Source: Candidatus Latescibacterota bacterium
Lineage (GTDB): Bacteria > Latescibacterota > UBA2968
NCBI GenBank assembly: GCA_965198115.1
Contig: OZ240241.1
Span: 7,712,001 to 7,776,000 of the forward strand
Length of the DNA stretch: 64,000 bases
Direction of reading: 5' to 3'
The notes under the pieces were generated by a model. The model made no database searches. It saw nothing but the letters and a program-made list of their open reading frames with translations, and was not told the DNA's origin. The translations under genes were made by a program, and so were the position numbers. How positions within the stretch are numbered: the first letter of the stretch is position 1; each line of letters starts with the position of its first letter. Shown piece after piece: positions 52,766 through 63,370 of this stretch.

Positions 52766-53323
52766 CGACGATGTACTTCTCGAGGACGAGCTGTGGAACC
52801 GCATCCGACTGTCACCGAACACGTTGCCCACTGGGGAGCTGCGACTCCTTCCCGGTACGATCTTCCAACGTTTCAGTCACCGCGCGTGGGGTTCGAGAGC
52901 GGCCACAGCCCGTCTCGACAACGACCCCGACAATCCGGCCCTCCGTGTCTACACGGTGACCTACGAAGACGTTGGTCGCACGCTGTGAATCCATTTTAAC
53001 AAAGCCTTCCCACACGAAATCGAATCCTGGACGGAAACGAGCCGCAGTCGGCGCCCAGACGCGCCCGAACGTGTCACCCGGGCCACGCGGAAGAAGCGTA
53101 TCCGGCTCGACTACTGCGCAAGCACGACGCGGCCGATACGCACTATCGTCAGCAGCTGGGTCTTGAGTGAGGAGATGAGTCCGTGAGGTCGTGACCGTGA
53201 CGACCCATCAGCGACGGGTCGCCTGCCGACTTCCCCAGGAGCCTGTCCCGAGCATAGGCGAAGGATGGTCCCGTTCGTGTATTTCGTGTTTTTCGTGGTA
53301 AGCTTCTTTCTGTAGGAGACAGA

Positions 53324-54178
53324 ATGCAATTCGGTGCACACGAATCCATTTCCGGCGGCGTCTTCAACGCCATTACACGCGGGCAGACCGCCACTTGCGA
53401 CACGATTCAGATGTTCAACAAATCCAACAGCCAGTGGCGTGCAAAAAAGCTGACCGAAGACGAAGTCGACGAGTATCTCACGCGTATCGAAGACACAGGC
53501 GTCACAGTCGCGTGCTCCCACTCGAGCTATCTCATCAACATCGGATCGCCCGACAAAGCGCTCGGCACGAAATCCCGAAAATCGCTCCAGGAAGAAGTCG
53601 AGCGTTGTAATCTCCTACAGATCCCGAACCTGGTCTTCCATCCGGGTTCCCACGTCGGATCGGGCGAGGAACCGGCTATGGACCAGATCGCCGAAAACTG
53701 TAATCAGGTCCTCTCCGACGTGACGGACAACGATGTCACCCTGTGCCTCGAGACTACTGCGGGTCAGGGCACCAACCTCGGCTACAGCTTCGAGCAGATC
53801 GCCTATATGTTGGATCGCATCGACGATCGTGAGCACGTCGGTGTCTGTTTGGACACCTGCCATATCTTCGCCGCTGGCTACCCCATTATCGATCCCGAGG
53901 ACTATGAGAAGACGATCAAAGATTTCGACGAAGTCATCGGGCTCGACCAGCTGAAAATCATCCACGCAAACGACAGCAAGACCGAATTCGGCTCAAGAAA
54001 GGACCGTCACGAACACATCGGCGAAGGCCACATTGGGCTCGAAGGCTTCAGGAATTTCGTCAACGATCCTCGCCTGGAGAACGTCCCCTTCATCCTGGAA
54101 ACACCTAAAGAGGATGACCTCAAAGAGGATATCGAGAACCTCAAGAAGCTCCGCGCACTCGTGGAAAGGCGCCACTGA
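53324..54178 (+). CDS. nfo: Endonuclease IV
   Basis: GAHESISGG, HSSYLIN, FHPGS, LETTAGQG, CLDTCHIF, HANDSK..DRHEHIG, ILETP. Confidence 0.97.
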   Translation: MQFGAHESISGGVFNAITRGQTATCDTIQMFNKSNSQWRAKKLTEDEVDEYLTRIEDTGVTVACSHSSYLINIGSPDKALGTKSRKSLQEEVERCNLLQIPNLVFHPGSHVGSGEEPAMDQIAENCNQVLSDVTDNDVTLCLETTAGQGTNLGYSFEQIAYMLDRIDDREHVGVCLDTCHIFAAGYPIIDPEDYEKTIKDFDEVIGLDQLKIIHANDSKTEFGSRKDRHEHIGEGHIGLEGFRNFVNDPRLENVPFILETPKEDDLKEDIENLKKLRALVERRH

Positions 54179-54304
54179 GAACACTGAGAAAACCTTGAGA
54201 AAGACCAGGCACGGGGTTGAAAACTTCACCCTGAGGTCTATCCCCGGCTTCTCGCCGGACCATCGGGGTCTCGAACACACAGTGACCTCAGTGTCCTCAG
54301 TGGC
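54171..54304. repeat. 134-bp MITE/REP-like unit with 18-bp terminal inverted repeats overlapping the nfo stop
   Basis: GCCACTGAGAACACTGAG / CTCAGTGTCCTCAGTGGC (1 mismatch). Confidence 0.65.
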
Positions 54305-54326
54305 TGCCTTTTGATTGTCGGACCAA

Positions 54327-54947
54327 ATGTCTGACCCTTTGGAACTCCGCGCACCGGGGCGGGTCTTCCCGTTCGTCTTTCTTGTTGCCGGCGGAATCGT
54401 TCTGTTGAACGGCGTTGCGCTGCTCGTCGCGCCGTTGCCGGGCAAGGCGCGATGGTCTTTCGGGCCCGTCCTCCTGACGCTCGTCGGGGCGGTCGGAATC
54501 GCGACGGCCGTATGGTCGTTCCTAAAGCAGTTCCAGATCAGCCGCCTGATCCAGTTGCTCATCGCAGATCTGCCCTCGATCGGGACGGATCCCGCATCTC
54601 GCAACCACGCGTTGACGGCTATTCTGGACCATACGTCGAGTGTCGTGGACGCGACGAAGAGTCATCCTGAAGCGGGCGTGAACCTGAAGCTGTGGATGGC
54701 GGGTCGTGAGGCCGTAGTCGAGCGGAGTGCGTCGGGCACCTGGACACTTCGAGCAGACCTCTCCCGTCAGGAATCGTCAAGCATCGAAGCAGCTCGCGCA
54801 TCGGTCATCGACGGCGAACTCATCTGGTCTGAGGATGAAATGGAAGGAACGATCGTGGCGATCGATGTGCTGGCGACGAAGATCTGGCGGTTGCCGCCGG
54901 ACTATGAAATCAGAGCGAACCTCGAAGTCTATCGACGAGAAACATAG
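54327..54947 (+). CDS. Hypothetical membrane protein (two TM helices)
   Basis: Two hydrophobic segments followed by a soluble domain. Confidence 0.7.
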   Translation: MSDPLELRAPGRVFPFVFLVAGGIVLLNGVALLVAPLPGKARWSFGPVLLTLVGAVGIATAVWSFLKQFQISRLIQLLIADLPSIGTDPASRNHALTAILDHTSSVVDATKSHPEAGVNLKLWMAGREAVVERSASGTWTLRADLSRQESSSIEAARASVIDGELIWSEDEMEGTIVAIDVLATKIWRLPPDYEIRANLEVYRRET

Positions 54948-55619
54948 GGAACGAGGAGGCGTAGGGGCGAGCAGGCGTGGCGCCAGCCTTTCCACCAGAA
55001 TGACGCCACAGTGTTGTGATAGTATCGACACGCTCGCTTCGCCACCACGCCTGCTCGATATTTCGGGCGGGTTCACTTTTCGTCCTTCTTCCAGGGCAAC
55101 GCCCCAATTACAACCGCCTTCCTCATATTCCCCAACCACGCCCGCCAGAACCAGTTCGCTTTGCTTCCCGCCGGCAAGTACGCGGAATCGATCTTGTAGG
55201 TTTTTCCACGCTCAATATCTTCGTTCAGATAACCCACGACTGCTGAGAACGGAATCCACGCGAAGTTGCTTCGTTCGAGCAGGAGCAGGGCAGTTCGAGT
55301 TCTTTGACATATCCCAAGCTCGGCGACTGATCGCAGGAAGCCGCCGGATCGTGTTCGTGAGCCGCTCTTTTCGAGGAGCGGCTCTTCTGTTTTGGGCTCC
55401 GAGAACCATCACTTTTTGACATGGGACGTGTCCTTTCGGATCTTCTCCTCTCGCGGGGATAACCGCGATCGATAGACCTATTCCTCAGGGCAGTAAAAAT
55501 GACTTGGGGCGGTGGTTGGAACTGGTGAAATAAAGTTTACTTAGGAGTAATTATAAATGGCGAAAGTGGACCCCGAACCCGAACAGTAAAAATAATTTAT
55601 CTGTGCTGCCCTGTCCATT

Positions 55620-55890
55620 TTAGGGTCGCATCTGGGAGAGGGTCCTGGAGCCGGAACCGCCCATGGTCTCAAGGGCCTTTTGGAAATCCTGCGCCGTAAC
55701 CTCAAAGGGGGTCAGGTCGAGATCTGTTTGGTTTTCTTTGATGAGTCCATCGATCGGCGCACACCGGCGGAGGCAGTTGTAGGCACCCTCTCTGGCAACG
55801 AAGGCGATTTCCGATCCGGTGCAGCCAGCCAACTCACTCACGATGCTCTCCAGATCGATATCACAGGCCAGTGGCATCTGCCGCCCGATG
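55620..55890 (-). pseudogene. C-terminal AAA lid scrap homologous to 48276-49940
   Basis: MPL..IDLESIVSELAGCTGSEIAFVAREGAYNCLRR vs [35 protein letters not shown]. Confidence 0.75.
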
Positions 55891-56201
55891 CCCGCTCATC
55901 GCATGGGGTTACTTGATGGCTGGGCAAAAAGACTCTCACATCCTGGGCACGTCATAACCACGACCTCAGCGGATGGGCCCTGAGCCTTGCAGCGACCGTT
56001 ATTAGTGCCCCCGTTGCGGGCACGCTGGTTGATGAGAACAGTTGGCGGATCGCTCTGACGTCCTCCGAAACGGCCACACACAGACCCGACGTGGCCCGCC
56101 TCTTCTTTCCCACGGTCCCTCCTTGGGCTCTGAGTTTCGAAGATTGCGAACTAAAAACGCTCGGTCTCATCAATCCCTCAAGACAAAAAGCCCGAACTCC
56201 T

Positions 56202-56841
56202 GTTGGGAAAAGCGTCTCTCCATTCGGTGAAGTCGAGGTTGCTGGTCACGATGGTGGCCGTGCGCTCGTAGCGCTCTGAGACGAGGTCGTGGAAGTCTTC
56301 GTCGTGCGGAGGTGCCATCGGTTTGAGTCCGAAGTCATCGATGATGAGCAAGGGCGCTTTGGCGAAGGTCTGGAAGCGGCGCTCGAAGGTGGCCGTAGCT
56401 CTTGCCGCGTGAAGCTGTCCCAGGAGTTTGGTCTGCGTGGTGAAGAGGACGTCGTAGCCGTTTCGGACGGCGATATGTCCGAGCGCCTGAGCGATGTGGC
56501 TCTTTCCGGTGCCACAGGGTCCGGCGATGAGGATGGCGACCTTTTCTTCAATAAAGCGGCAGGTGGCGAGGTCCTGGATCTGGTCTTGGTTGATGCCGAG
56601 GTTGAAGTCGAAGTCGAAGCCCTCGATCGTCTTTTCACCGCGGAAGCCAGCCCGTCGCAGCCGCCTGGTGAACTTCTTGTTCTCGCGTCGTGCGACCTCA
56701 TCCTGGATGAGGAGCGCCAGGAACTCTGAGTAGGCGAGTTTTTTCTTGATCGCCTCCTGGTTTCTGTTGGGGAGGCTTTCGAGGATGCCGGAGAGGCGGA
56801 GGTTGCTTGAGCATGGGTGCAAGTTCTGGCATGGGGTTCAT
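56202..56841 (-). pseudogene. istB: IS21 IstB, frameshifted and truncated
   Basis: GPCGTGKSH, LLIIDDFGL, TIVTSN; very similar to 24960-25455. Confidence 0.88.
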
Positions 56842-57209
56842 TTTGTGTCTCCAGACTGACTGAGGGTCTTGCTTCGGGACTACATCCATCACACGTCCCC
56901 GTCTCTTTGGGTAATAACAGGTCTGGAAATAGAAAACTCAGCCGGAATGACCAGCGCCAGGAGCAGTTGCCCGCTCAGCGGGAGTTGTTCGACTATATCG
57001 AAGTGTTCTATGGCACTCGACGCTCGGCCAGACCGAGACAGTAAGGGATTCTCATGATTACAGGCGCACTCAGATCCAAAATCGATCGAAAACCCTAAAT
57101 ACACACCCCGTCCGAGACCCTGAAATCGCCACTTCTAAGTGGCTCCATTAGGCCGATCATGACTGGCCTCATTAGGGCGATCATTGACATCTTTTGCCAA
57201 AAACCCTAA

Positions 57210-58470
57210 GTACTCCTGTTCTCAAATACGGTGACGTATTCTAAGCAGACTTTGCCAAGGGCGTATCGTAGAACCTGAGTTTGTCGATCATCTCCGCGAG
57301 ATCTGTTCGTGTGAACTTCCATTTGAAGGGTGTGGCGATACGTCCGTAGCGTTCCTGAAAACCGAGGATTCTTGCCTCAAGCTCTTCGAGCGATGTAAAT
57401 TCGATAGGTGTCAGAGCCTTGCGTTTGAGGATCGAGAAGTAGATCTCGATCTGATTGAGCCAGCTTGCGTGGATCGGAAGGTGAACGGGGTGGATGTTTG
57501 GCCACTTCCCCTGGATACGGTCGATGCATGTTTGCCCTCGGTGCGAGGAGCCATTATCCACGATGAGGTAGACTTTCTTTGCCGAGCAATAGGGTTTCCG
57601 GCTCATGATCAGGCTCAGGAGCCGGTTGAAGGGCTCGATACCCGAAGAAGACTCACAGAGACCGAAGATTCGACCATTGTGCACGTCGAGAGCAGCCAGA
57701 TAGGCCAGGGCTCCTTTCCGCTCGTATTCGTGTTCAACGCGTGCCGCTCTGTTCGAGGCTGGCGGTAGGGTAACGTGCTTGCGAGCTCGTGCTTGAATAC
57801 TGGTCTTTTCGTCGGCAGAAAGTACATATTCCCTCGGCCCTAAAGGCTTTCCTTGCCATTGGCGGTGATACAGATCAAGGACTCTACCTGCTTTGGTTTG
57901 GAAGTCCGGGTCCCGTGGGAAAATCCAGGAGCGATGATACCAAGGACGAATCGCGTCCTCGTTCAACCAGCGCCAGACAGTGGCGCCGCTGATCTTGGCA
58001 ACGAAGCCCCTTTGCACTGCCTCGGCGGCAATCTCGGAACAGCTGAACCGCGAGAGCGGTATCCCGCTCTCGCTCGGTAGTTCACACGCCAGCGCCTTGA
58101 TCTGAACGACCACCTGAGGGGGGAAAACCGGGCGGGCGCCCGGGACGAGATCTATCTTCGAGTCCCGAAAGACGCTCTTCGAAAAAGCGCTTACGCCATT
58201 TGCTTACGATCGGACGCGGGACATCCAACCGTTGGGCGATAATCTTGTTGGATAATCCCTCGGCGGCGAGAAGCACGATTTTCGATCGGATCACTTGATA
58301 ATACGGTAACGTATATTGTCCAGCCATTCGCTCGAGGTCGACCCGTTCCTTCTCAGACAGTAGCACCACATAAGGCGAACGTCTTGGCATTGTTCTCCTC
58401 CTTTTGAAGGAGAACATAAGCTACAAATAATGTTCAAGACATACGTAATAATGTTTATGAAACCATGCAC
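57210..58470 (-). mobile_element. IS630-family element; orfA 58082-58390 and orfB 57241-58113 probably joined by a programmed frameshift
   Basis: SADEKTSIQAR, IVDNGSSH, HASWLNQIEIYFS; TTTTCCCCCC in the overlap; flanked by TAA on both sides. Confidence 0.9.
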
Positions 58471-58497
58471 TAAGGCACCTCATAGGCACCCATTTTA

Positions 58498-59547
58498 TCA
58501 CATCGCCCTGCCTCCAGGGCAATCGAAATCCCCCCGGCCAGGATGATCGAACGGCTGTGGGGTGTGACGATTTGGCCGCGCATTAGCTCTCCCCGTGGAC
58601 CTCCTAATCATTCGCCCGAAGAGCCCTGACATCATTGTAGACGACCGATCTGTCAACGCCCAGAGAGCTTCTGCGACCTGGAGAGGTCGTCCTCCTTTGG
58701 CCAGGAGCGTGCCGACCAGCAGCCGCCTGGCCCACACGGCCGCGTGCTCACCCGACCCTTCCTCCTTCCTCCCAGCGGACCACGTGCCCCTCCCCTCACG
58801 CAGGATCTTCAGGGCCTGCACAGAGCCCGCGCCGAACAGAGACAGTTGATTCGGGTGGACGACCGCATTCACCAACTGGTGGATCGCGGCGATGTGGCCT
58901 CGGTCCACATAGGGCACCCCCTCATCTGGCAGATGCTTCACGGCATCCATCGCGCGTTCGTCAGCAACGGGCTCGCCCACGCGTAAGCCGGCGGTGACCC
59001 GGCCATAGAAACCGACCTTCTGGAGCATCTTACAGAGCCTCATCTCCCGACGGCCGATTTCGGTCCTGATTCTTCGCCGAAGCTGGAAGCTCCCGGCCTC
59101 ACGCAGGTCGGCGAAAGCCGCCACCTGGAGACGTTCAAACCGCCTCCTTATCTGGGAGAGTGCTGCCTGCGCTTGCCCAACACCCTCTGCGAGCACCTGG
59201 TAGACCGAGATCACCTCCAGGTCGTCCCTTACGACGGGCCCATCAACCCCCAACTCCCTCGCGATGCCGACCACGTCCTCTTCCCGCGCGTAGAGCTCAG
59301 CGGCGACCAACCGTCTGGCCCAGTCGATCGGGTCCAGGCCCTCCACCCGCTTTCCTCGTGGCCAGGTGTCCTCTCGCTCGAAGAGGGCTTTCCTGACGTG
59401 CACAGAGTCGACACCGGGAAGGGGCAACTCGTTCGTCCGGGCAACGGTATCGATCAACAGCCGGATCGAGGCCACGTCCTTTGGGACGGCAATCGGCAGA
59501 CCCGATGTGCGTCTCCTTTTCTTTGGGTTGGCACTCGTTCTCACCAT
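58498..59547 (-). CDS. 349-aa orphan protein containing QLSLF
   Basis: ATG 59547 matches the start of the duplicate at 30096. Confidence 0.7.
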   Translation of the reverse strand: MVRTSANPKKRRRTSGLPIAVPKDVASIRLLIDTVARTNELPLPGVDSVHVRKALFEREDTWPRGKRVEGLDPIDWARRLVAAELYAREEDVVGIARELGVDGPVVRDDLEVISVYQVLAEGVGQAQAALSQIRRRFERLQVAAFADLREAGSFQLRRRIRTEIGRREMRLCKMLQKVGFYGRVTAGLRVGEPVADERAMDAVKHLPDEGVPYVDRGHIAAIHQLVNAVVHPNQLSLFGAGSVQALKILREGRGTWSAGRKEEGSGEHAAVWARRLLVGTLLAKGGRPLQVAEALWALTDRSSTMMSGLFGRMIRRSTGRANARPNRHTPQPFDHPGRGDFDCPGGRAM

Positions 59548-59890
59548 TCCGTTGCCCTTACGGGCGAAGGCATGCGCGATGCGCGCAAGGCTCTTCGCGG
59601 CAGACCCGATCGCGCGGGCGACGACCGGATCACCCGGCACCCAAACGCCAGAGCTATCAAGAAAAATAACTTTGGCGACAAGGCCGTTGGCGAAATAATT
59701 TTTCAACCAGGACAACTCCACTTTTTCGTGCCCGGTTTCCCACCCCAAAGAAATCACAATAAACGCCCTATGGCACTGTCTACCAATAGGTTAACCGTTC
59801 TTCGTGGTCCATGATTTTCCAGAAAATGGGGTCAATTATCTCTTCCCCTCGCCCAACAGCTTGTTCGGTGGACATACAGACTCCAGACGT

Positions 59891-60916
59891 TCAGGCGTAG
59901 AGTGCAGCAAGGAGTGCTTTGATGTATCCCACAGAGTAAGCGAGGCCCTGGCTGACGTCACCTGTGTCGCCCTCGATTTGGAAGATGTGATCGGGATTGA
60001 TGCAGCCGTCGAAGCCGACCTTATGCAGGGCCTCGAGTATATGGAACATATTCATGTCGCCGTCGTCGAGGTGCACCTCTTCGTAGCCTCCGGCCGTGGC
60101 AAAACTGCCCCGCACGTTCCGGAAGTGGACCATGAAGATGCGTCCCTTCCGCCCGTAGTTGTTGATCTCCTGCAAGACGAGTGGCTCGCTGCCGGCTTCG
60201 GCGCGCGTACCGATGCAGTAGAGGAAGCCGACGTTGGGGCTTGGGAAGGCGTCGATGATGCGATGGTAGCCGAGCCCGCCGAACGGGGTGTCCGGCAACG
60301 GGTTGTCGGAGGGATGCATGGCGAGTTTAACGTCGTACTCCTCAGCGACCGGTACGAGCCGGGCGTAGAGCTTGCAGAAGTGGTCCCACCAGTTGTCTAG
60401 CTCCTTTTGGCTCGGCGGCTTACCCGTCGTCACATCCCAGACGTGTACTCTCTTATTTCGCTGGTCCTCACGTGTGAGGCTGGCCAGTATCTCGGGCGTG
60501 ACGTGGGTGAGTGTGTTTCCGGACCCCAGGAAGCCGGCTCGGTGGACGGACCGATAGCGGGTCACAAAATGGTTGAACGTATCGCCCTCGCAACGCTGAC
60601 GGGCGATCGGTACGCCGGCTTCGCCAAACACCTTCAATGCGTTGACCGAGTTTTCGATGTATTTCTCGGCATCGTCGTGATCGAGGAAATAACCCTCGCC
60701 GACATCGGGGAGAGAAATGCGGTTGAACCTCAAGCCCCACCCGTGCACACGTTTCTTGATTGCGAGAAGGGCGTCCAGATCGGGATAGCCTTGCTCTTTG
60801 ACACCGGGAACGTGGGTCGCTTCTCCAATGTCAATACAGTCGATGCCGAGCTGGCTGTAACGCTTGAGAATCGAGTCGCTGACATCGCCGTTGATTCCGA
60901 ATGAAACACGCATCAT
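59891..60916 (-). CDS. uxuA: Mannonate dehydratase (UxuA) family protein, paralog 1
   Basis: LVPVAEEYDVKLAMHPSDNP, VHFRNVRG, EVHLDDGDMNM, NPDH, YSVGYIKAL. Confidence 0.85.
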   Translation of the reverse strand: MMRVSFGINGDVSDSILKRYSQLGIDCIDIGEATHVPGVKEQGYPDLDALLAIKKRVHGWGLRFNRISLPDVGEGYFLDHDDAEKYIENSVNALKVFGEAGVPIARQRCEGDTFNHFVTRYRSVHRAGFLGSGNTLTHVTPEILASLTREDQRNKRVHVWDVTTGKPPSQKELDNWWDHFCKLYARLVPVAEEYDVKLAMHPSDNPLPDTPFGGLGYHRIIDAFPSPNVGFLYCIGTRAEAGSEPLVLQEINNYGRKGRIFMVHFRNVRGSFATAGGYEEVHLDDGDMNMFHILEALHKVGFDGCINPDHIFQIEGDTGDVSQGLAYSVGYIKALLAALYA

Positions 60917-60993
60917 TTGTTTTCCTCACTTCGATAATCACGAGAACTTCAGTCGCTGAATGATTTTCGGTGGACATTGATACTCCGGTGGGC

Positions 60994-62016
60994 TCAGGCG
61001 TAGAGTGCGGCGAGGAGAGCCTTGATGTATCCGACAGCGTAGGCGGCGCCCTGGCTGACGTCGCCCGTATCGCCTTCGATCTGGAAGATGTGATCCGGAC
61101 TGAGGCAGCCTTCGAAACCGACTTTGTGAAGGGTCTCGAGAATTCGGAACATATTCATATCTCCGTCGTCCAGATGAACCTCCTCGTAGGCACCTGATGT
61201 CGGGAAACTTCCACGCACGTTTCTGAAGTGGACCATAAAGATCCGGCCTTTGCGGCCGTAGTTGTTGATCTCCTGAAGTACCAGCGGTTCGCTGCCGGCT
61301 TCGGCCCGTGTCCCGACGCAGTAGAGATAGCCGACGTTCGGACTCGGAAAGGCGTCGATGATCCTGTGAAATCCGAGGCCCCCGAAAGGCGTATCCGGGA
61401 GCGGGTTGTCCGACGGGTGCATCGCGAGCTTCACATCGTACTCTTCAGCGACGGGCACGAGCCTGGCGTAGAGATCGACGAAGTGCTGCCACCAGTTGTC
61501 GAGCTCTTCCTTGGTCGGGGGCTTTCCCGTCGTGACGTCCCAAACGTGTTCCCGCTGGGTAGGCTCCTCGGAAGTGAGACTCGCAAGGTCTTCGGGTGTC
61601 ACGTGCGCCAACGCGGATCCTGATCCGAGCATCCCAGCCCGGTGCACTGATCGGTAGAACGGCGTCAGATGGTTGAACGTGTCTCCTTCACATAGTTGAC
61701 GGGCGACGGGGACACCGGCCTCGCCGAAGACCTTGAGTGCGTTGACGGAATTCTCGACGTATTTCTCAGCATCGTCGTGGTCGAGAAAATAGCCTGCGCC
61801 GACATCGGGAAGGGAGATACGGTTGAACGTCAGCCCCCACGAGTAGACGCGCTTCTTGATCGCGAGAAGGGCGTCAAGGTCCGGATAGCCCTGCTCTTTA
61901 ACACCGGGAACGGAGATCGCTGCTCCGATATCGATGCAGTCGACACCAAGCTGGCTGTAACGTCTGAGGAGCGACTCGCTGGGATCGCCGGCAGCGCCCA
62001 TCGATACGCGCATCAT
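60994..62016 (-). CDS. uxuA: Mannonate dehydratase (UxuA) family protein, paralog 2
   Basis: Same motifs; close tandem paralog. Confidence 0.85.
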   Translation of the reverse strand: MMRVSMGAAGDPSESLLRRYSQLGVDCIDIGAAISVPGVKEQGYPDLDALLAIKKRVYSWGLTFNRISLPDVGAGYFLDHDDAEKYVENSVNALKVFGEAGVPVARQLCEGDTFNHLTPFYRSVHRAGMLGSGSALAHVTPEDLASLTSEEPTQREHVWDVTTGKPPTKEELDNWWQHFVDLYARLVPVAEEYDVKLAMHPSDNPLPDTPFGGLGFHRIIDAFPSPNVGYLYCVGTRAEAGSEPLVLQEINNYGRKGRIFMVHFRNVRGSFPTSGAYEEVHLDDGDMNMFRILETLHKVGFEGCLSPDHIFQIEGDTGDVSQGAAYAVGYIKALLAALYA

Positions 62017-62225
62017 TGTCTTTCCTCACTGAAAAACCGAACCACGAAAAAAGATTTTGGACCACGGAACACACGGAATACACGGAAGAAAACCACTTGT
62101 CACGGGTTCGGCGGTCATCCCGAAACTCCACACCCGTCAAGTAGAAGGGTTTCACTCCTGTCTGACGACTGATTCCCAGCGCGAAGCGCGTGGGAACACT
62201 GACGACTGGCAACTGGTTCCTTCCG

Positions 62226-63200
62226 CTACGTCTCCTGATAGTGCTTGGTGATGTGGGCGAGGCCATCGCCGACGCGGACGTTGTGGAACCGGCGAAGCAT
62301 TATAACGACGCCGTCCGTTTTGGCACAGATTTCTGTGACGACCTTGCCGAACAGGTTCCTAATCGTGCCGAGTCGCTGGCCTGACTGGACTTCGTCGAGC
62401 AGAGAGACGTCGGCGCGGAAGTAGCCGGCCACCGGGGCGAGCGTGGCTTCGTCCATATTCCCGTCGCCGATGAGATGATGCGTTGTCGGCCGTGGACTCG
62501 GGTCCCCTTCTTGCATTCCCAACCACTTCGCCACGTTCAATACACCCTCGAAGAAGCAGTCGATATCGTCGAGTCGGGCAAAGCCGCCACCGGGCGCTTC
62601 CGTGTAGAGACAGGGGACATCGAGGTCGATAGCTGCGCTGAGGGTGCGGCCCGGAGCCAGGCCGGGATGGCCCCATAGGACGGGCGCGCCGAAAGCACGA
62701 GCTCCCGCCTGAGACTCTTGTCCGAGAGGCGTGTCGCTATGGATGTAGCCGACGAGGGTGGGGATGTCGTAGGCCATCCCACCGCTGTGGAGGTCTATGA
62801 AAAAGTTCGCGTGCGGAAGGATCTGATCGGTAATCAGACGGGCGATGCGCAGAGTGATGCTGCCCTCGGCATCGCCGGGAAAGACGCGTGCGAGATTGAG
62901 GCTGTCGATCGGGCTGCTGCGAGTGATCGTTTCGTAGGCCGGTACGTTACAGACGGGAATGCTGAAGAAGGTGCCCTTGAGCGTAGCCGGGTCGAGATGG
63001 TCGTAGAGCCGAGGGATCGTCTCGACGCCTTCGTACTCATCACCGTGAACGCCGGCGACGACGACGAGTGTGGGGCCGTCGGTTGCCCCGGTGACACTCA
63101 GGTAAGGGAGCCGCCAGGTGCCGCCGTCCGGGCGATTGGCGACGTCGATCCAGCCTGTTTGTTTTTTGTTTCGTGGGAGGTTGGGGATGTCGATGGACAT
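62226..63200 (-). CDS. Succinylglutamate desuccinylase/aspartoacylase (M14) family protein
   Basis: GVHGDEYEG, NLARVFPG, IDLHSGG, C-terminal biotinyl-like domain. Confidence 0.92.
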   Translation of the reverse strand: MSIDIPNLPRNKKQTGWIDVANRPDGGTWRLPYLSVTGATDGPTLVVVAGVHGDEYEGVETIPRLYDHLDPATLKGTFFSIPVCNVPAYETITRSSPIDSLNLARVFPGDAEGSITLRIARLITDQILPHANFFIDLHSGGMAYDIPTLVGYIHSDTPLGQESQAGARAFGAPVLWGHPGLAPGRTLSAAIDLDVPCLYTEAPGGGFARLDDIDCFFEGVLNVAKWLGMQEGDPSPRPTTHHLIGDGNMDEATLAPVAGYFRADVSLLDEVQSGQRLGTIRNLFGKVVTEICAKTDGVVIMLRRFHNVRVGDGLAHITKHYQET

Positions 63201-63370
63201 AGTTGTAGTTTTCTGTGGTGTGAGTGAAGGGCGTCAGTTCAGACCCCTCGGCAGCTCAGATTGACTCTGTCGATGAAGCCATTCAGTGGAGCGAGGACCG
63301 ACACTTCGACTCCCGCTCAGTGTGACGGTGTCCACGGCTGAAGTGAACCAGCCAGGCACAACATAGACTT

